Assembly (NCBI GenBank): GCA_964410675.1
Contig: CAYPIB010000001.1
Coordinates: 14,454 to 78,453 of the forward strand
Direction of reading: 5' to 3'
Length of the DNA: 64,000 bases
Source: an uncultured Roseburia sp.
Lineage (GTDB): Bacteria > Bacillota > Clostridia > Lachnospirales > Lachnospiraceae
The translations under genes were made by a program, and so were the position numbers. This document shows, in pieces, positions 1 to 9,186 of this stretch; positions within the stretch are counted from its first letter, which is position 1; the number at the start of each line of letters is the position of its first letter. The notes beneath the pieces are model-generated. The model did no database searches. It saw only the letters and a list, made by a program, of their open reading frames with translations, and was not told where the DNA came from.

Positions 1-30
1 TTAGAGTAATTAAAACATTTTTATGATATA

Positions 31-279
31 ACACTTCTCCTTTATTTAATTTCTCTTAATTAGGCGTTTGCAAAACCTATTTCTGAGTGTGGATTTCCCA
101 AACTGTACTTTGAAATGCCCTCTTTTCTATGGAAATGAGACCTTAAGGGGCTCCTAAAAGCATGAAGTCTTGCTGAATGCTTTTACGCTTAAGGGCTCAT
201 TGCAATGCTTAGAAAAACGGGCTTTCAAAGTACAGTTTGGGAGAGCCACACTCAGAAATCCGGCTTTCATTACTTAATC
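31..279 (-). repeat. Copy A of a ~250-nt intercistronic repeat unit: a long imperfect hairpin (arms 79-120 and 219-259) plus a Shine-Dalgarno block at the 31-45 end
   Basis: Aligns by eye over its whole length with 513-763. The arms ATTTCTGAGTGTGG..GCCC and GGGC..CCACACTCAGAAAT are reverse complements. Nested inner stems are AATGAGACCTTAAG/CTTAAGGGCTCATT and AAAAGCAT/ATGCTTTT. Confidence 0.85.
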
Positions 280-511
280 AATGGTGAAAATTCCTAAGCC
301 TTTCCTTATACTCCTTTGCAAGCTTCATATAATAACTCTGCTCCGTCTCCTTCATTTTCCCGTTCTGTATTTCTTCCTGCAAAATTTCTATATACTCTGC
401 TAAAGACATTTGCGCCGCATCCTTATAATTATTTTCAAAATTTGCCTGTATTGACTTCAACTTATCATTCAATTGCTTATTCTTCCCTTGCCTCCTGAGA
501 AAAATCATCAT
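278..511 (-). CDS. Hypothetical 77-aa Lys/Glu-rich protein, no family recognised, bracketed by the two hairpin repeats
   Basis: ORF track 278..514. The ATG at 511 lies 7 nt after AAAGGAG. Composition predicts a helical soluble protein with no TM segment. Confidence 0.5.
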   Translation of the reverse strand: MMIFLRRQGKNKQLNDKLKSIQANFENNYKDAAQMSLAEYIEILQEEIQNGKMKETEQSYYMKLAKEYKERLRNFHH

Positions 512-512
512 C

Positions 513-763
513 ACACTTCTCCTTTGTTTTATTTTCTTTTTTAGGCGTTTCCAAAACCTATTTCTGAGTGCGGCTCTCCCAAACTGTACTTTGAAATGCC
601 CTCTTTTCTATGGAAATGAGACATTAAGGGGCTCCTAAACGCATGAAGTCTTGCTGAATGCTTTTAGCACTTAAGGGCTCATTGCAATGTTCAGAAAAAC
701 GGGCTTTCAAAGTATTGTTTGGGAAAGCCGCACTCAGAAATCCGGCTTTCAAACCTACTTAAT
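513..763 (-). repeat. Copy B of the ~250-nt repeat unit (hairpin arms 560-601 and 701-741). It overlaps the ptsI stop codon.
   Basis: Same architecture as copy A. The ptsI TAG stop (755-757) lies inside the shared GATTAAGTA block. The shared AAAGGAGAAGTGT SD block sits at the other end. Confidence 0.85.
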
Positions 764-2365
764 CTCCCTTATCCTCTTCCTAAGCGGTAATATTAACGGC
801 GGTGATACTGAAATTTCATCGATATCCATCTTTAAAAATCTTTCAGTAAGTAAAATATCGGCACCTAGTTCACCACAAATCCCAACCTTTATCCCTTCCT
901 TATGACCATTTTGAATAACAATTTGAATTAATCTGAAAATCGCCTCATGATAAGCATCAAAGAATTGCTCCAGCTTTTCATTCTGTCTGTCAATGGCAAG
1001 TGTATACTGCGTCAGATCATTCGTTCCTATACTAAAGAAATCTACTTCCTTTGCCAAGAAGTCACTAATAAGCGCTGCCGCCGGAGTTTCAATCATAACT
1101 CCCTGTTCTATATTCCGATAAGAAATCTTTTCTTTTGTGAGTTCTTTTTTTACCTCCTCCAGCAGTTCCTTCACTTCGATTACTTCCTGCACCGAAATAA
1201 TCATTGGATATAAAATAGATATATTTCCAAAAGCACTTGCACGCAGAATGGCACGAAGCTGTGTTTTAAACATCTCTTTTCTTGTCAGGCAAACACGAAT
1301 TGCTCTGCATCCCATTGCTGGATTTTCCTCTTGCTCCAGCTTAAAATAATCTGCCTGTTTGTCCGCACCAATATCAAGCGTTCTAATTACAACTTTCTTT
1401 TCGCCCATTTTCTTGGCAGCTTCTTTATAAATAAGAAACTGCTCCTCTTCGGTCGGGTAATCAGATTTTTCTAAAAAAATAAATTCACTTCTAAAAAGGC
1501 CAATGCCCCCTGCATCATTATCTAAAACAGCCGTTAAATCGGATACATGACTAATATTGGCAAGCACATCTATTTTTTTACCCAATATCGTTATATTCTC
1601 TTTTCCTTTTAATTGCTTATATAAGTTTTGTTTTTCTAACTCTTTTTCTCTTTTTTCTTCGTATCGTTTCAGTGTTTTTTGATCCGGATCTATAAAAATC
1701 GTTCCGCTCTCGCCGTCTACAATACCTATTTTCCCATCCCATTCTGCATTAACATCCACATTAACCAGCCCGGGAATATTCATCATTCTTGTCAAAATTG
1801 CCGTATGTGAATTGGATGCACCTATTCTCGTAACAAAAGAAAGCACCTTATCTCTATCAAATTGTACCGTATCACTGGGTAATAAATTTTCGGCCACGAT
1901 GATAGATGGTTTTGTTAGAAAGTTAATATTTTTATGTCCTGTTAAATTATGAAGTATTCGGTCTGAAACATCCTTAATATCGGCAATCCGCGCTTTAAAG
2001 TACTCATCCTCCATATTCGAAAACATAGCTGAAAAATAATCGAGCGCACTTATGACTGCACACTCCGCATTCATGTTGTGTTGTTTTATTTTATTAATCG
2101 CAAAGTCATGATACTCTTCATCGGCAAGCATGATTGCATGTCCCTCAAAAATACGTGCGTTTGCCTCCCCCATTTCATTCAAAACTTTGTTATGGAGCTC
2201 TTTTATTTCCTTAAGTGCCTCTTGCTTTGCTTTTTCAAATCGTGTTACTTCTGCTTTTGTATCTTCGATTGGCTCACGATTAACAGCCTGTCGCTCCTTT
2301 GTATAAAAACTAATTGTACCAATCGCAATACCTTTAAAAATTGACTTACCATTATATATTTCCAT
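755..2365 (-). CDS. ptsI: Phosphoenolpyruvate-protein phosphotransferase (PTS enzyme I)
   Basis: Phospho-His region GASNSHTAILTRMMNIPG, a PEP-utilising C-terminal domain (IGTNDLTQY, GICGELGAD) and the expected length. The ORF is open to a GTG at 2401. I prefer the ATG at 2365, which follows GAGGA with a 7-nt spacer. Confidence 0.93.
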   Translation of the reverse strand: MEIYNGKSIFKGIAIGTISFYTKERQAVNREPIEDTKAEVTRFEKAKQEALKEIKELHNKVLNEMGEANARIFEGHAIMLADEEYHDFAINKIKQHNMNAECAVISALDYFSAMFSNMEDEYFKARIADIKDVSDRILHNLTGHKNINFLTKPSIIVAENLLPSDTVQFDRDKVLSFVTRIGASNSHTAILTRMMNIPGLVNVDVNAEWDGKIGIVDGESGTIFIDPDQKTLKRYEEKREKELEKQNLYKQLKGKENITILGKKIDVLANISHVSDLTAVLDNDAGGIGLFRSEFIFLEKSDYPTEEEQFLIYKEAAKKMGEKKVVIRTLDIGADKQADYFKLEQEENPAMGCRAIRVCLTRKEMFKTQLRAILRASAFGNISILYPMIISVQEVIEVKELLEEVKKELTKEKISYRNIEQGVMIETPAAALISDFLAKEVDFFSIGTNDLTQYTLAIDRQNEKLEQFFDAYHEAIFRLIQIVIQNGHKEGIKVGICGELGADILLTERFLKMDIDEISVSPPLILPLRKRIREIK

Positions 2366-2623
2366 ACTCTTATCCTCATTTAGCATTACTTTCTTTTTCA
2401 CTTGTGATACTATTATAAATTGTAACTGAAACTCTTTTATTTCTCAATTACAATATAACTTTTTCTTTACTTTTTTCTATTTACAATTCTATCCACTCTC
2501 ATTTACACTAATATTAAAGTTAGTGATTTGTTAATGTTTCACTTATCTTTACAAAGTCTTAATGTTAATATTTATATATTTGACTTATAATAAGGTATCA
2601 TTTTTTATTCAGGAGGTGATAAA

Positions 2624-5266
2624 GTGGCGGATATTTATTTAAATCAAGATAATAATGCTGACAAAAAGCGGGGACAACTTAAAATATTTTTTGGATATGC
2701 TGCCGGAGTCGGTAAAACATACTCTATGTTAAAAGCCGCTCATACTGCAAAACGTCATGGCATTGATGTGATTGCCGGTTATGTGGAAACTCACGAAAGA
2801 CCGCAGACCGCTGCTCTTCTTAATGGTTTGGAACAGCTTCCGCAAACGCCTTGCGAGTTAGATTTAGATGCTGTACTAAAACGAAATCCTCAATTAGTCA
2901 TTATTGATGAGCTTGCTCATACAAATGCCAAAGGATGCCGCCATGCAAAACGTTATCAAGATGTCGAGGAATTATTAAAAACCGGTATTAATGTTTATAC
3001 AACGGTAAATGTCCAGCATATTGAAAGCCTCAATGATATGGTAACTTCTATTACGGGCGTAATAGTTCAAGAAAGAATCCCGGATAAAGTTTTCGATTAT
3101 GCGACTCAGGTTGAACTTGTTGATATAGAACCGCAAGAATTAATAGAACGATTAACTGCCGGAAAAATTTATAAAACAGAAGCTCTAAAAGCTCTTGCTA
3201 ATTTTTTTAGCATTGAAAACTTAATTGCACTGCGTGAGATTGCCCTTAGAAGATGCGCTAATCGTGTAAATAAGATTTCCGAGATGGCAAGACTAAAAGG
3301 CAGCAGCGAGTATTTCACGGATGAACACATACTTGTCTGCCTCTCATCCTCCCCGACCAACCCAAAGATTATCCGCACTGCAGCAAGAATGGCGCATGCT
3401 TTTAAAGGAACCTTTACCGCTTTGTTTGTTGAAACACCCGAATTTTCTTCTATGAGTAAAGAAAATAAAAAAAGACTTCGTTCCAATATCCACCTTGCCG
3501 AGCAGCTTGGCGCTACGGTTGAAACAACTTATGGTGAGGATGCCGCTTTTCAGATTGCTGAATTTGCCCGGCTCTCCGGCGCTTCCAAAATAGTCGTCGG
3601 AAGAAATAATGTAAAAAGAAAATATTTTTTCAGTAAACCCTCTTTGACGGAGCGATTAACTGATTATGCCCCAAATTTAGATGTTTATATTATTCCCGAT
3701 ACAGAAACTTCCTTATATAAAGAAAAAAAGAAAAAGTTTAAAAAAGAGCAATTTGTACCAATGGATGTCCTAAAAAGTATTCTTATTTTATTAGCCGCTA
3801 CTATGATTGGTTTCCTCTTCTTTCAGTTTGGATTCAGTGAAGCTAATATTATGACTGTTTATATTTTAGGTGTTCTCTTTACTGCACTTATAACAACACA
3901 ACGTTTTTATGCTTTAATTTCATCTATCGTAAGTGTGCTGATTTTTAATTACTTGTTTACCGGAATTAGGTTTAGCTTCCGTTCTTACGAATCCGGTTAT
4001 CCGGCAACCTTTTTAACGATGTTTCTTTCTGCATTTATTACAGGTACTCTTGCCGTAAAGCTAAAACAGCATGCAAAACAGTCCGCACAGACTGCTTACC
4101 GTACTAAGGTGCTGCTTGATACGAATCAGCTCTTGCAGCAAGCGAAGGATAAAGACGAAATTATTTTGGTTACAGCAAGACAGTTAGTCAAACTTCTTGA
4201 TAAAGATATTATTTTTTATACTGCCCAAAAAGATCACTTAGCAAAACCTTGTATTTTTCCAACGCCGGACCACGAATCGAACGAAGACTATATAACTGTT
4301 AATGAGCAGGCAGTTGCTGCCTGGGTATTTAAAAATAATAAACATGCAGGTGCAACAACAGATACCCTTTCAAATTCAAAATGCCTTTATTTAGCCATTC
4401 GGGTAAATAATAATGTATATGGTGTTGTCGGTATTGTGCTTGAACATACCCCGCTTGAATCCTTTGAAAACAGCATTGTCCTCTCAATCTTAGGTGAATG
4501 TGCACTGGCGCTTGAAAACGAGCAGGTTGCTCAGGAAAAGGAACAGGCGGCTATTCTCGCTAAAAACGAACAGCTCCGTTCAAATCTTCTGCGTTCTATT
4601 TCGCATGATCTTAGAACTCCGCTTACTTCCATATCCGGAAATGCAGGAGTACTTTTATCAAATGAAGATGCTCTTAGTTCCTCAAAGAAAAAAGCGTTAT
4701 ACTCTGATATCTATGAGGATTCACTATGGCTGATCAACCTTGTGGAAAACCTTCTCTCCGTTACAAGGATTGAAGATGGAACAATGAATTTAACGTTCAC
4801 TGCTGAGCTTATCGATGAAGTTATTCGCGAATCACTGCATCATATCCGCCGAAAGAGTGAGGACTATCAAATTACAGTCCACGAGCCTGATGAGTATTTA
4901 TTGGCAAAGATGGATGCCCGCCTGATTGTGCAAGTCTTAATTAACCTTATAGACAATGCAATTAAATATACACCGAAAGGCTCTTCCATTATTATTACAT
5001 CGAGTAAGCAGGAAGACTTTGCCGTCATTGAAGTTGCCGATAACGGACCCGGAATCCAAAAGGAAGCCAAGCCACATATCTTTGAACTATTCTATACGGC
5101 TTCAACAAAAACGACTGACAGCCGAAGGGGGCTTGGTCTTGGACTCGCACTATGCAAATCCATCGTCAACGCTCATGGTGGTGAAATATCAGTCTGTGAT
5201 AACAAGCCCTGTGGGACTATTTTTCGTTTTACATTACCTGCTAAGGAGGTTAAAATTTATGAATAA
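2624..5266 (+). CDS. kdpD: Sensor histidine kinase KdpD (KdpD N-domain, Usp, 4 TM, GAF, HisKA, HATPase)
   Basis: Walker-like GYAAGVGKTYSM at the N-terminus, a central TM block, H-box SHDLRTPL, and DNGPGI and GLGLGLALC boxes. GTG start after AGGAGG. Confidence 0.93.
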   Translation: MADIYLNQDNNADKKRGQLKIFFGYAAGVGKTYSMLKAAHTAKRHGIDVIAGYVETHERPQTAALLNGLEQLPQTPCELDLDAVLKRNPQLVIIDELAHTNAKGCRHAKRYQDVEELLKTGINVYTTVNVQHIESLNDMVTSITGVIVQERIPDKVFDYATQVELVDIEPQELIERLTAGKIYKTEALKALANFFSIENLIALREIALRRCANRVNKISEMARLKGSSEYFTDEHILVCLSSSPTNPKIIRTAARMAHAFKGTFTALFVETPEFSSMSKENKKRLRSNIHLAEQLGATVETTYGEDAAFQIAEFARLSGASKIVVGRNNVKRKYFFSKPSLTERLTDYAPNLDVYIIPDTETSLYKEKKKKFKKEQFVPMDVLKSILILLAATMIGFLFFQFGFSEANIMTVYILGVLFTALITTQRFYALISSIVSVLIFNYLFTGIRFSFRSYESGYPATFLTMFLSAFITGTLAVKLKQHAKQSAQTAYRTKVLLDTNQLLQQAKDKDEIILVTARQLVKLLDKDIIFYTAQKDHLAKPCIFPTPDHESNEDYITVNEQAVAAWVFKNNKHAGATTDTLSNSKCLYLAIRVNNNVYGVVGIVLEHTPLESFENSIVLSILGECALALENEQVAQEKEQAAILAKNEQLRSNLLRSISHDLRTPLTSISGNAGVLLSNEDALSSSKKKALYSDIYEDSLWLINLVENLLSVTRIEDGTMNLTFTAELIDEVIRESLHHIRRKSEDYQITVHEPDEYLLAKMDARLIVQVLINLIDNAIKYTPKGSSIIITSSKQEDFAVIEVADNGPGIQKEAKPHIFELFYTASTKTTDSRRGLGLGLALCKSIVNAHGGEISVCDNKPCGTIFRFTLPAKEVKIYE

Positions 5267-5957
5267 GCACTTTGTATTAGTTGTGGAGGATGACACCGCT
5301 GTCCGCAACCTAATTACGACAACATTAGAGACAAATGATTATCGTTTTCAAGCGGCGCCAACCGGTGAAGCTGCCATTCTTGCGGCTGCTTCTCATAATC
5401 CTGAAATCGTATTACTAGACCTTGGGCTTCCCGATATTGACGGCATTGAAGTAATCAAAAAAATCAGAACCTGGTCGAATATGCCGATTATTGTAATCAG
5501 TGCCCGCAGTGAAGACATTGATAAAATTGAAGCATTAGATGCAGGAGCCGATGACTATCTAACAAAACCGTTTTCCGTTGAGGAGCTGCTCGCCAGACTG
5601 CGGGGCACTGTGCGCCGCCTAAGCTTTATGCAAAATGGTTTGGAAATCCAGCAGGCTGTCTTTATAAATGGAGACTTAAAAATTGATTATGCAGCAGGCT
5701 GCGTTTATTTAAATGATGAAGAATCACATCTCACACCAATTGAGTTTAAGCTTATCTGCCTTCTGGCCCGAAATGTTGGAAAGGTTCTGACACATACTTT
5801 TATAACAAAAGAAATATGGGGAACTACATGGGATACTGATGTTGCTTCCCTGCGTGTTTTTATGGCAACACTTCGTAAAAAAATCGAAAAAGACCCATCT
5901 GTGCCACAATATATTCAGACACATATCGGTATTGGATACCGCATGCTTAGATTGTAA
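5259..5957 (+). CDS. kdpE: OmpR-family response regulator KdpE
   Basis: Receiver domain (VVEDD, LLDLGLPDIDG, KP) plus a winged-helix C-terminus (LTPIEFKLI, GIGYRM). The ATG overlaps the kdpD stop by 8 nt. The track ORF from 4956 is an upstream extension inside kdpD. Confidence 0.93.
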   Translation: MNKHFVLVVEDDTAVRNLITTTLETNDYRFQAAPTGEAAILAAASHNPEIVLLDLGLPDIDGIEVIKKIRTWSNMPIIVISARSEDIDKIEALDAGADDYLTKPFSVEELLARLRGTVRRLSFMQNGLEIQQAVFINGDLKIDYAAGCVYLNDEESHLTPIEFKLICLLARNVGKVLTHTFITKEIWGTTWDTDVASLRVFMATLRKKIEKDPSVPQYIQTHIGIGYRMLRL

Positions 5958-5985
5958 CAAGAAACATACAAACCTATCATATAAA

Positions 5986-6058
5986 ATTGCAGGAAACTAT
6001 AACCCCATCTATAGTTTCCTGCAATCAAACCGTCTTAATTAATTAAGACTTAATTTTG
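5986..6058 (+). terminator. Two consecutive hairpins after kdpE
   Basis: A 16-bp stem ATTGCAGGAAACTATA / TATAGTTTCCTGCAAT (5986-6025), then the perfect palindrome GTCTTAATTAATTAAGAC (6032-6049), followed by a T-rich run. Confidence 0.6.
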
Positions 6059-6549
6059 TACACACATCACTGCCCCCACAGCTTTAAAATAATAAAATAT
6101 GTGTTACTTTATATTCATATACCAGGTGCTGCTACATTGCTTTTAACACAAATATCAAACAAACTTTCCCCACCTTATGCATTTCCAAGTGTTAAAAACA
6201 ATGTCCCCAAAAAGCAGTCAATTTCTACTCGCCAACAGCACCAAAAAGTATACTCCTTTCGACTTTTTTAAACACTTTTATCGTACTACTTTTTAATATA
6301 CTTCTAATTTAAGTCATATATAAAAACCAGCAGCCAAAAAATAAATAAATTTTTCCTTTGAGACTTATACCGAAATGGTAGAATAATAAAGTGAAAAACT
6401 ATTCACATGATAGAAATAGACACCCTCTATACCTGTTATCTAAACATACCCTAATTTCTACAATTCTGCCAAATGTATAGGTGTTCTAACTAATACTATA
6501 TTATTATTTTTATTATTTGTCAAGTTTTTCCATAACAGTACTTTTATCT

Positions 6550-7734
6550 TCAATTTATCAGAAAAAGTGAACTGTCATTTAAAATTTGCACACTATATAA
6601 AAATAAAACATCCGAATTTTCTTTCACATTCACAAGTTCTTCCACAACCGGACCCGCCAAATATCTTAAGTCAATTAAGGTTATTTTCTTATAGGAACCG
6701 GTTAATAACGGTGCTAAGCTGCTTGAAAAGGAATCCCTGAACAGAAAAAGTTCTTTCTCTGTTGCCGCATCCGGATTTTCAATAATTATAAGCGGCTGCG
6801 GCCCTCTTAAATAAACATCATATGGATCCGTTCCATCAAACAGCAATTCATCATACATTTCTCCCTCTTCCATCTGCATCGTTTTAGTATTAAAATAACT
6901 TACCTTACTATTTGACAAGCCGCTTGTTTGAAGACAAATGAGTTTTTCTGAAGAAAGGGGAAGCGCAGACTGGCCATAATATACTCCATAAAAGTTATCA
7001 AAAACCTGTTTGTTTACATCTCCCATAGATATTTCTTCAAAGTTCATTGCCTTGGATAATTGCCTCAAAACATCACCAAGCTTCTCTTGTTTCCAGTGTA
7101 TATCGGTTATATAAAAGCTTTCTGCCTTTAATACCTCTCTTAAATCAATATATTGAAAATCCGGCATTTTATCCGCTAAAATACGTTCTATCGTTTCGTA
7201 ATCTACCCTCGGATATCCTTGGTTCGTATTTACATAGGCCCCTTTATCCGGGATTACAGAATAATAAACATTTAAATGATCCGGCAGTAAATTTCGCATC
7301 TTTTTTATTTTCTCAGCAGACTGAGCAATGGAACGTTCATTTATCTTTAGCAATTTGTAAGCATTTCCATTGCTGACATATATTCCATGATTATCCTTTT
7401 GTCTAAAAAAATCATAGGCAGCATAAGCCTTTATTCTTCTAAAAAAATCTCTTCCAACAAAGTTATCCAAAGCATACTCTTCAAATTCAACGGCAAACTT
7501 TTCATTCCTTTTTCTTCTTCCTGCTCCTGTCTCAACTAAAAAATCCGGAAAGCTCTTCAAAACTCTTCTCTCACTCAAGGAAACTTCAGGTGCCTTGTAA
7601 TATAAATTTGCCATAAATCCTGCGCATAATAAAAAAAGGAAGAGAATGCCGCTTATATATGCGCAAATTTTTTCCGTCCTTTTTACTTTACTACTGCTTT
7701 CTATTATTTTATTAGTACTTCTATTTTTATTCAT
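6550..7734 (-). CDS. DHHW-family (AlgX/AlgJ-like SGNH) membrane-anchored protein, partner of the MBOAT
   Basis: N-terminal TM anchor and an ITDIHW motif (the D-H-H-W type signature). It sits immediately downstream of the MBOAT gene. Confidence 0.75.
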   Translation of the reverse strand: MNKNRSTNKIIESSSKVKRTEKICAYISGILFLFLLCAGFMANLYYKAPEVSLSERRVLKSFPDFLVETGAGRRKRNEKFAVEFEEYALDNFVGRDFFRRIKAYAAYDFFRQKDNHGIYVSNGNAYKLLKINERSIAQSAEKIKKMRNLLPDHLNVYYSVIPDKGAYVNTNQGYPRVDYETIERILADKMPDFQYIDLREVLKAESFYITDIHWKQEKLGDVLRQLSKAMNFEEISMGDVNKQVFDNFYGVYYGQSALPLSSEKLICLQTSGLSNSKVSYFNTKTMQMEEGEMYDELLFDGTDPYDVYLRGPQPLIIIENPDAATEKELFLFRDSFSSSLAPLLTGSYKKITLIDLRYLAGPVVEELVNVKENSDVLFLYSVQILNDSSLFLIN

Positions 7735-7746
7735 ACTTTATTTTCC

Positions 7747-9165
7747 TTAAAATCGAAAATATATAAACGGATTAAAAGAGCCATCAATTAAATATGCCGT
7801 AATCACACTAAGCAGTAAAAATATGCCAAGTGGTCTTGCCACAGCTTTAGTAACTCTTCCCTTACTGCTAAGCTGCAAATATTCTATTAGTCTCTTAGGA
7901 TAAGGAGTTGCTGCAATAATAGCAATCAAAATTGGCACTAGATAGCTTTTCAAGTAATAAACCGACCACGTTCCTACAATACCGTCCGTTCCTATTCCTA
8001 CTAAATACCCAATTCGCCTAACCGCCAGTGCAATGCTGTCAGCATCAAAGAATATCCATCCAATGATTAAAATCAACAAAATACCGATATGCCGAAAAAT
8101 TGCCGGTACCTTGTTCATAATATCATTAAAAACATACTTCTCAAGTAACAGCCATAACGCAAAGTACAGTCCCCAGAAAATAAAGTTCCATCCTGCCCCA
8201 TGCCAAAAGCCGGTTAAGAACCACACGAAAATTATATTAATAATATGTTTTAACATACCTTTTCTATTTCCGCCCATTGGGATATATACATAATCCCGAA
8301 ACCATGAGCCAAGTGTCATATGCCACCGCCGCCAAAATTCAGTTACACTCTTTGAAATATACGGATAATTAAAATTTTCCGGAAAATGAAAGCCAAATAT
8401 TTTTCCTAGTCCGATTGCCATGTCACTATATCCGGAAAAATCAAAATAAATCTGTAATGTAAAGCTTATTCCATAAAGCCATACAAACAATACACTGTTT
8501 TCTAAACCTTCCTTATAAAATTGACCTAATTCTCCGATTACGTTGGCCAGTAACACTTTTTTGGACAATCCAATGATAAATCGAAATGCCCCCTCCGAGA
8601 ACTGTTGCATCGTATGACTGCGGCATTTCAGTTCTTTTTCAACATCAGAATATCTTACAATCGGCCCGGCAATCAACTGAGGAAACAGTATGACATAACA
8701 TGCAAAGTCAAATAAGTTTTTTTGCAGCTTAATGCTTCCCCGATAAAGGTCTATCGTATAGCTTAAAATCTGAAATGTGTAAAAGCTGATTCCAATCGGC
8801 AGCACAAGCCGAAGCAAAGGCAGCTGCACCCCCCCAGGCATCATTTTGTTTAGATTCTCTAAAAAAAAATCGGCATACTTAAACAGGCATAACAGACCAA
8901 TGCATACTGCCACCGAGCCAATGAAAGCCGCCTTTGAACGTGAGACACTGCGATACTTATCAATGAGAAATCCAAAGCCCCATGCCACAACAATTGATGA
9001 AAGTATCAGCAAAATATAGCGCGGCTCTCCCCACGCATAGAATATAATGCTGGCAATTAACAAAACATAATTCTTCCCTTTAAAGGGGGTGATAAAGTAG
9101 AAAAAAAGAACAAGCGGAAGAAAATAATATAAAAATGTAATACTTGAAAATAACACAGTTCGCAC
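7747..9165 (-). CDS. MBOAT-family O-acyltransferase (AlgI/DltB-like)
   Basis: Polytopic membrane protein with the signature FWRRWHMTLGSWFRDYVYIPMGGNR and WHGAGWNF. GTG start. Confidence 0.92.
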   Translation of the reverse strand: MRTVLFSSITFLYYFLPLVLFFYFITPFKGKNYVLLIASIIFYAWGEPRYILLILSSIVVAWGFGFLIDKYRSVSRSKAAFIGSVAVCIGLLCLFKYADFFLENLNKMMPGGVQLPLLRLVLPIGISFYTFQILSYTIDLYRGSIKLQKNLFDFACYVILFPQLIAGPIVRYSDVEKELKCRSHTMQQFSEGAFRFIIGLSKKVLLANVIGELGQFYKEGLENSVLFVWLYGISFTLQIYFDFSGYSDMAIGLGKIFGFHFPENFNYPYISKSVTEFWRRWHMTLGSWFRDYVYIPMGGNRKGMLKHIINIIFVWFLTGFWHGAGWNFIFWGLYFALWLLLEKYVFNDIMNKVPAIFRHIGILLILIIGWIFFDADSIALAVRRIGYLVGIGTDGIVGTWSVYYLKSYLVPILIAIIAATPYPKRLIEYLQLSSKGRVTKAVARPLGIFLLLSVITAYLIDGSFNPFIYFRF

Positions 9166-9186
9166 CTGCCCCTTCTAAGTTACTCT

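Noticed and set aside
1-30. Possible start of another minus-strand ORF after repeat copy A
   Set aside because: No well-spaced canonical start codon follows the AAAGGAG block before the window edge, so it cannot be called without upstream sequence.
2402-2623. Repeated TTTAC(A) motifs in the ptsI/kdpD divergent region as possible KdpE boxes
   Set aside because: Spacings are irregular (14 and 22 nt), the region is very AT-rich, and the motifs are too short to distinguish from chance. Only a weak -10 (TATAAT at about 2587) can be seen.
4956-5258. N-terminal extension of the kdpE ORF in the six-frame track
   Set aside because: The extension lies entirely inside kdpD in another frame. The receiver domain begins at the ATG at 5259.
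6056-6271. 71-aa ORF in the 590-bp spacer after kdpE
   Set aside because: It has no Shine-Dalgarno sequence and an odd composition, and it lies in an AT-rich non-coding-looking spacer after the kdpE hairpins. It is most likely a chance ORF.
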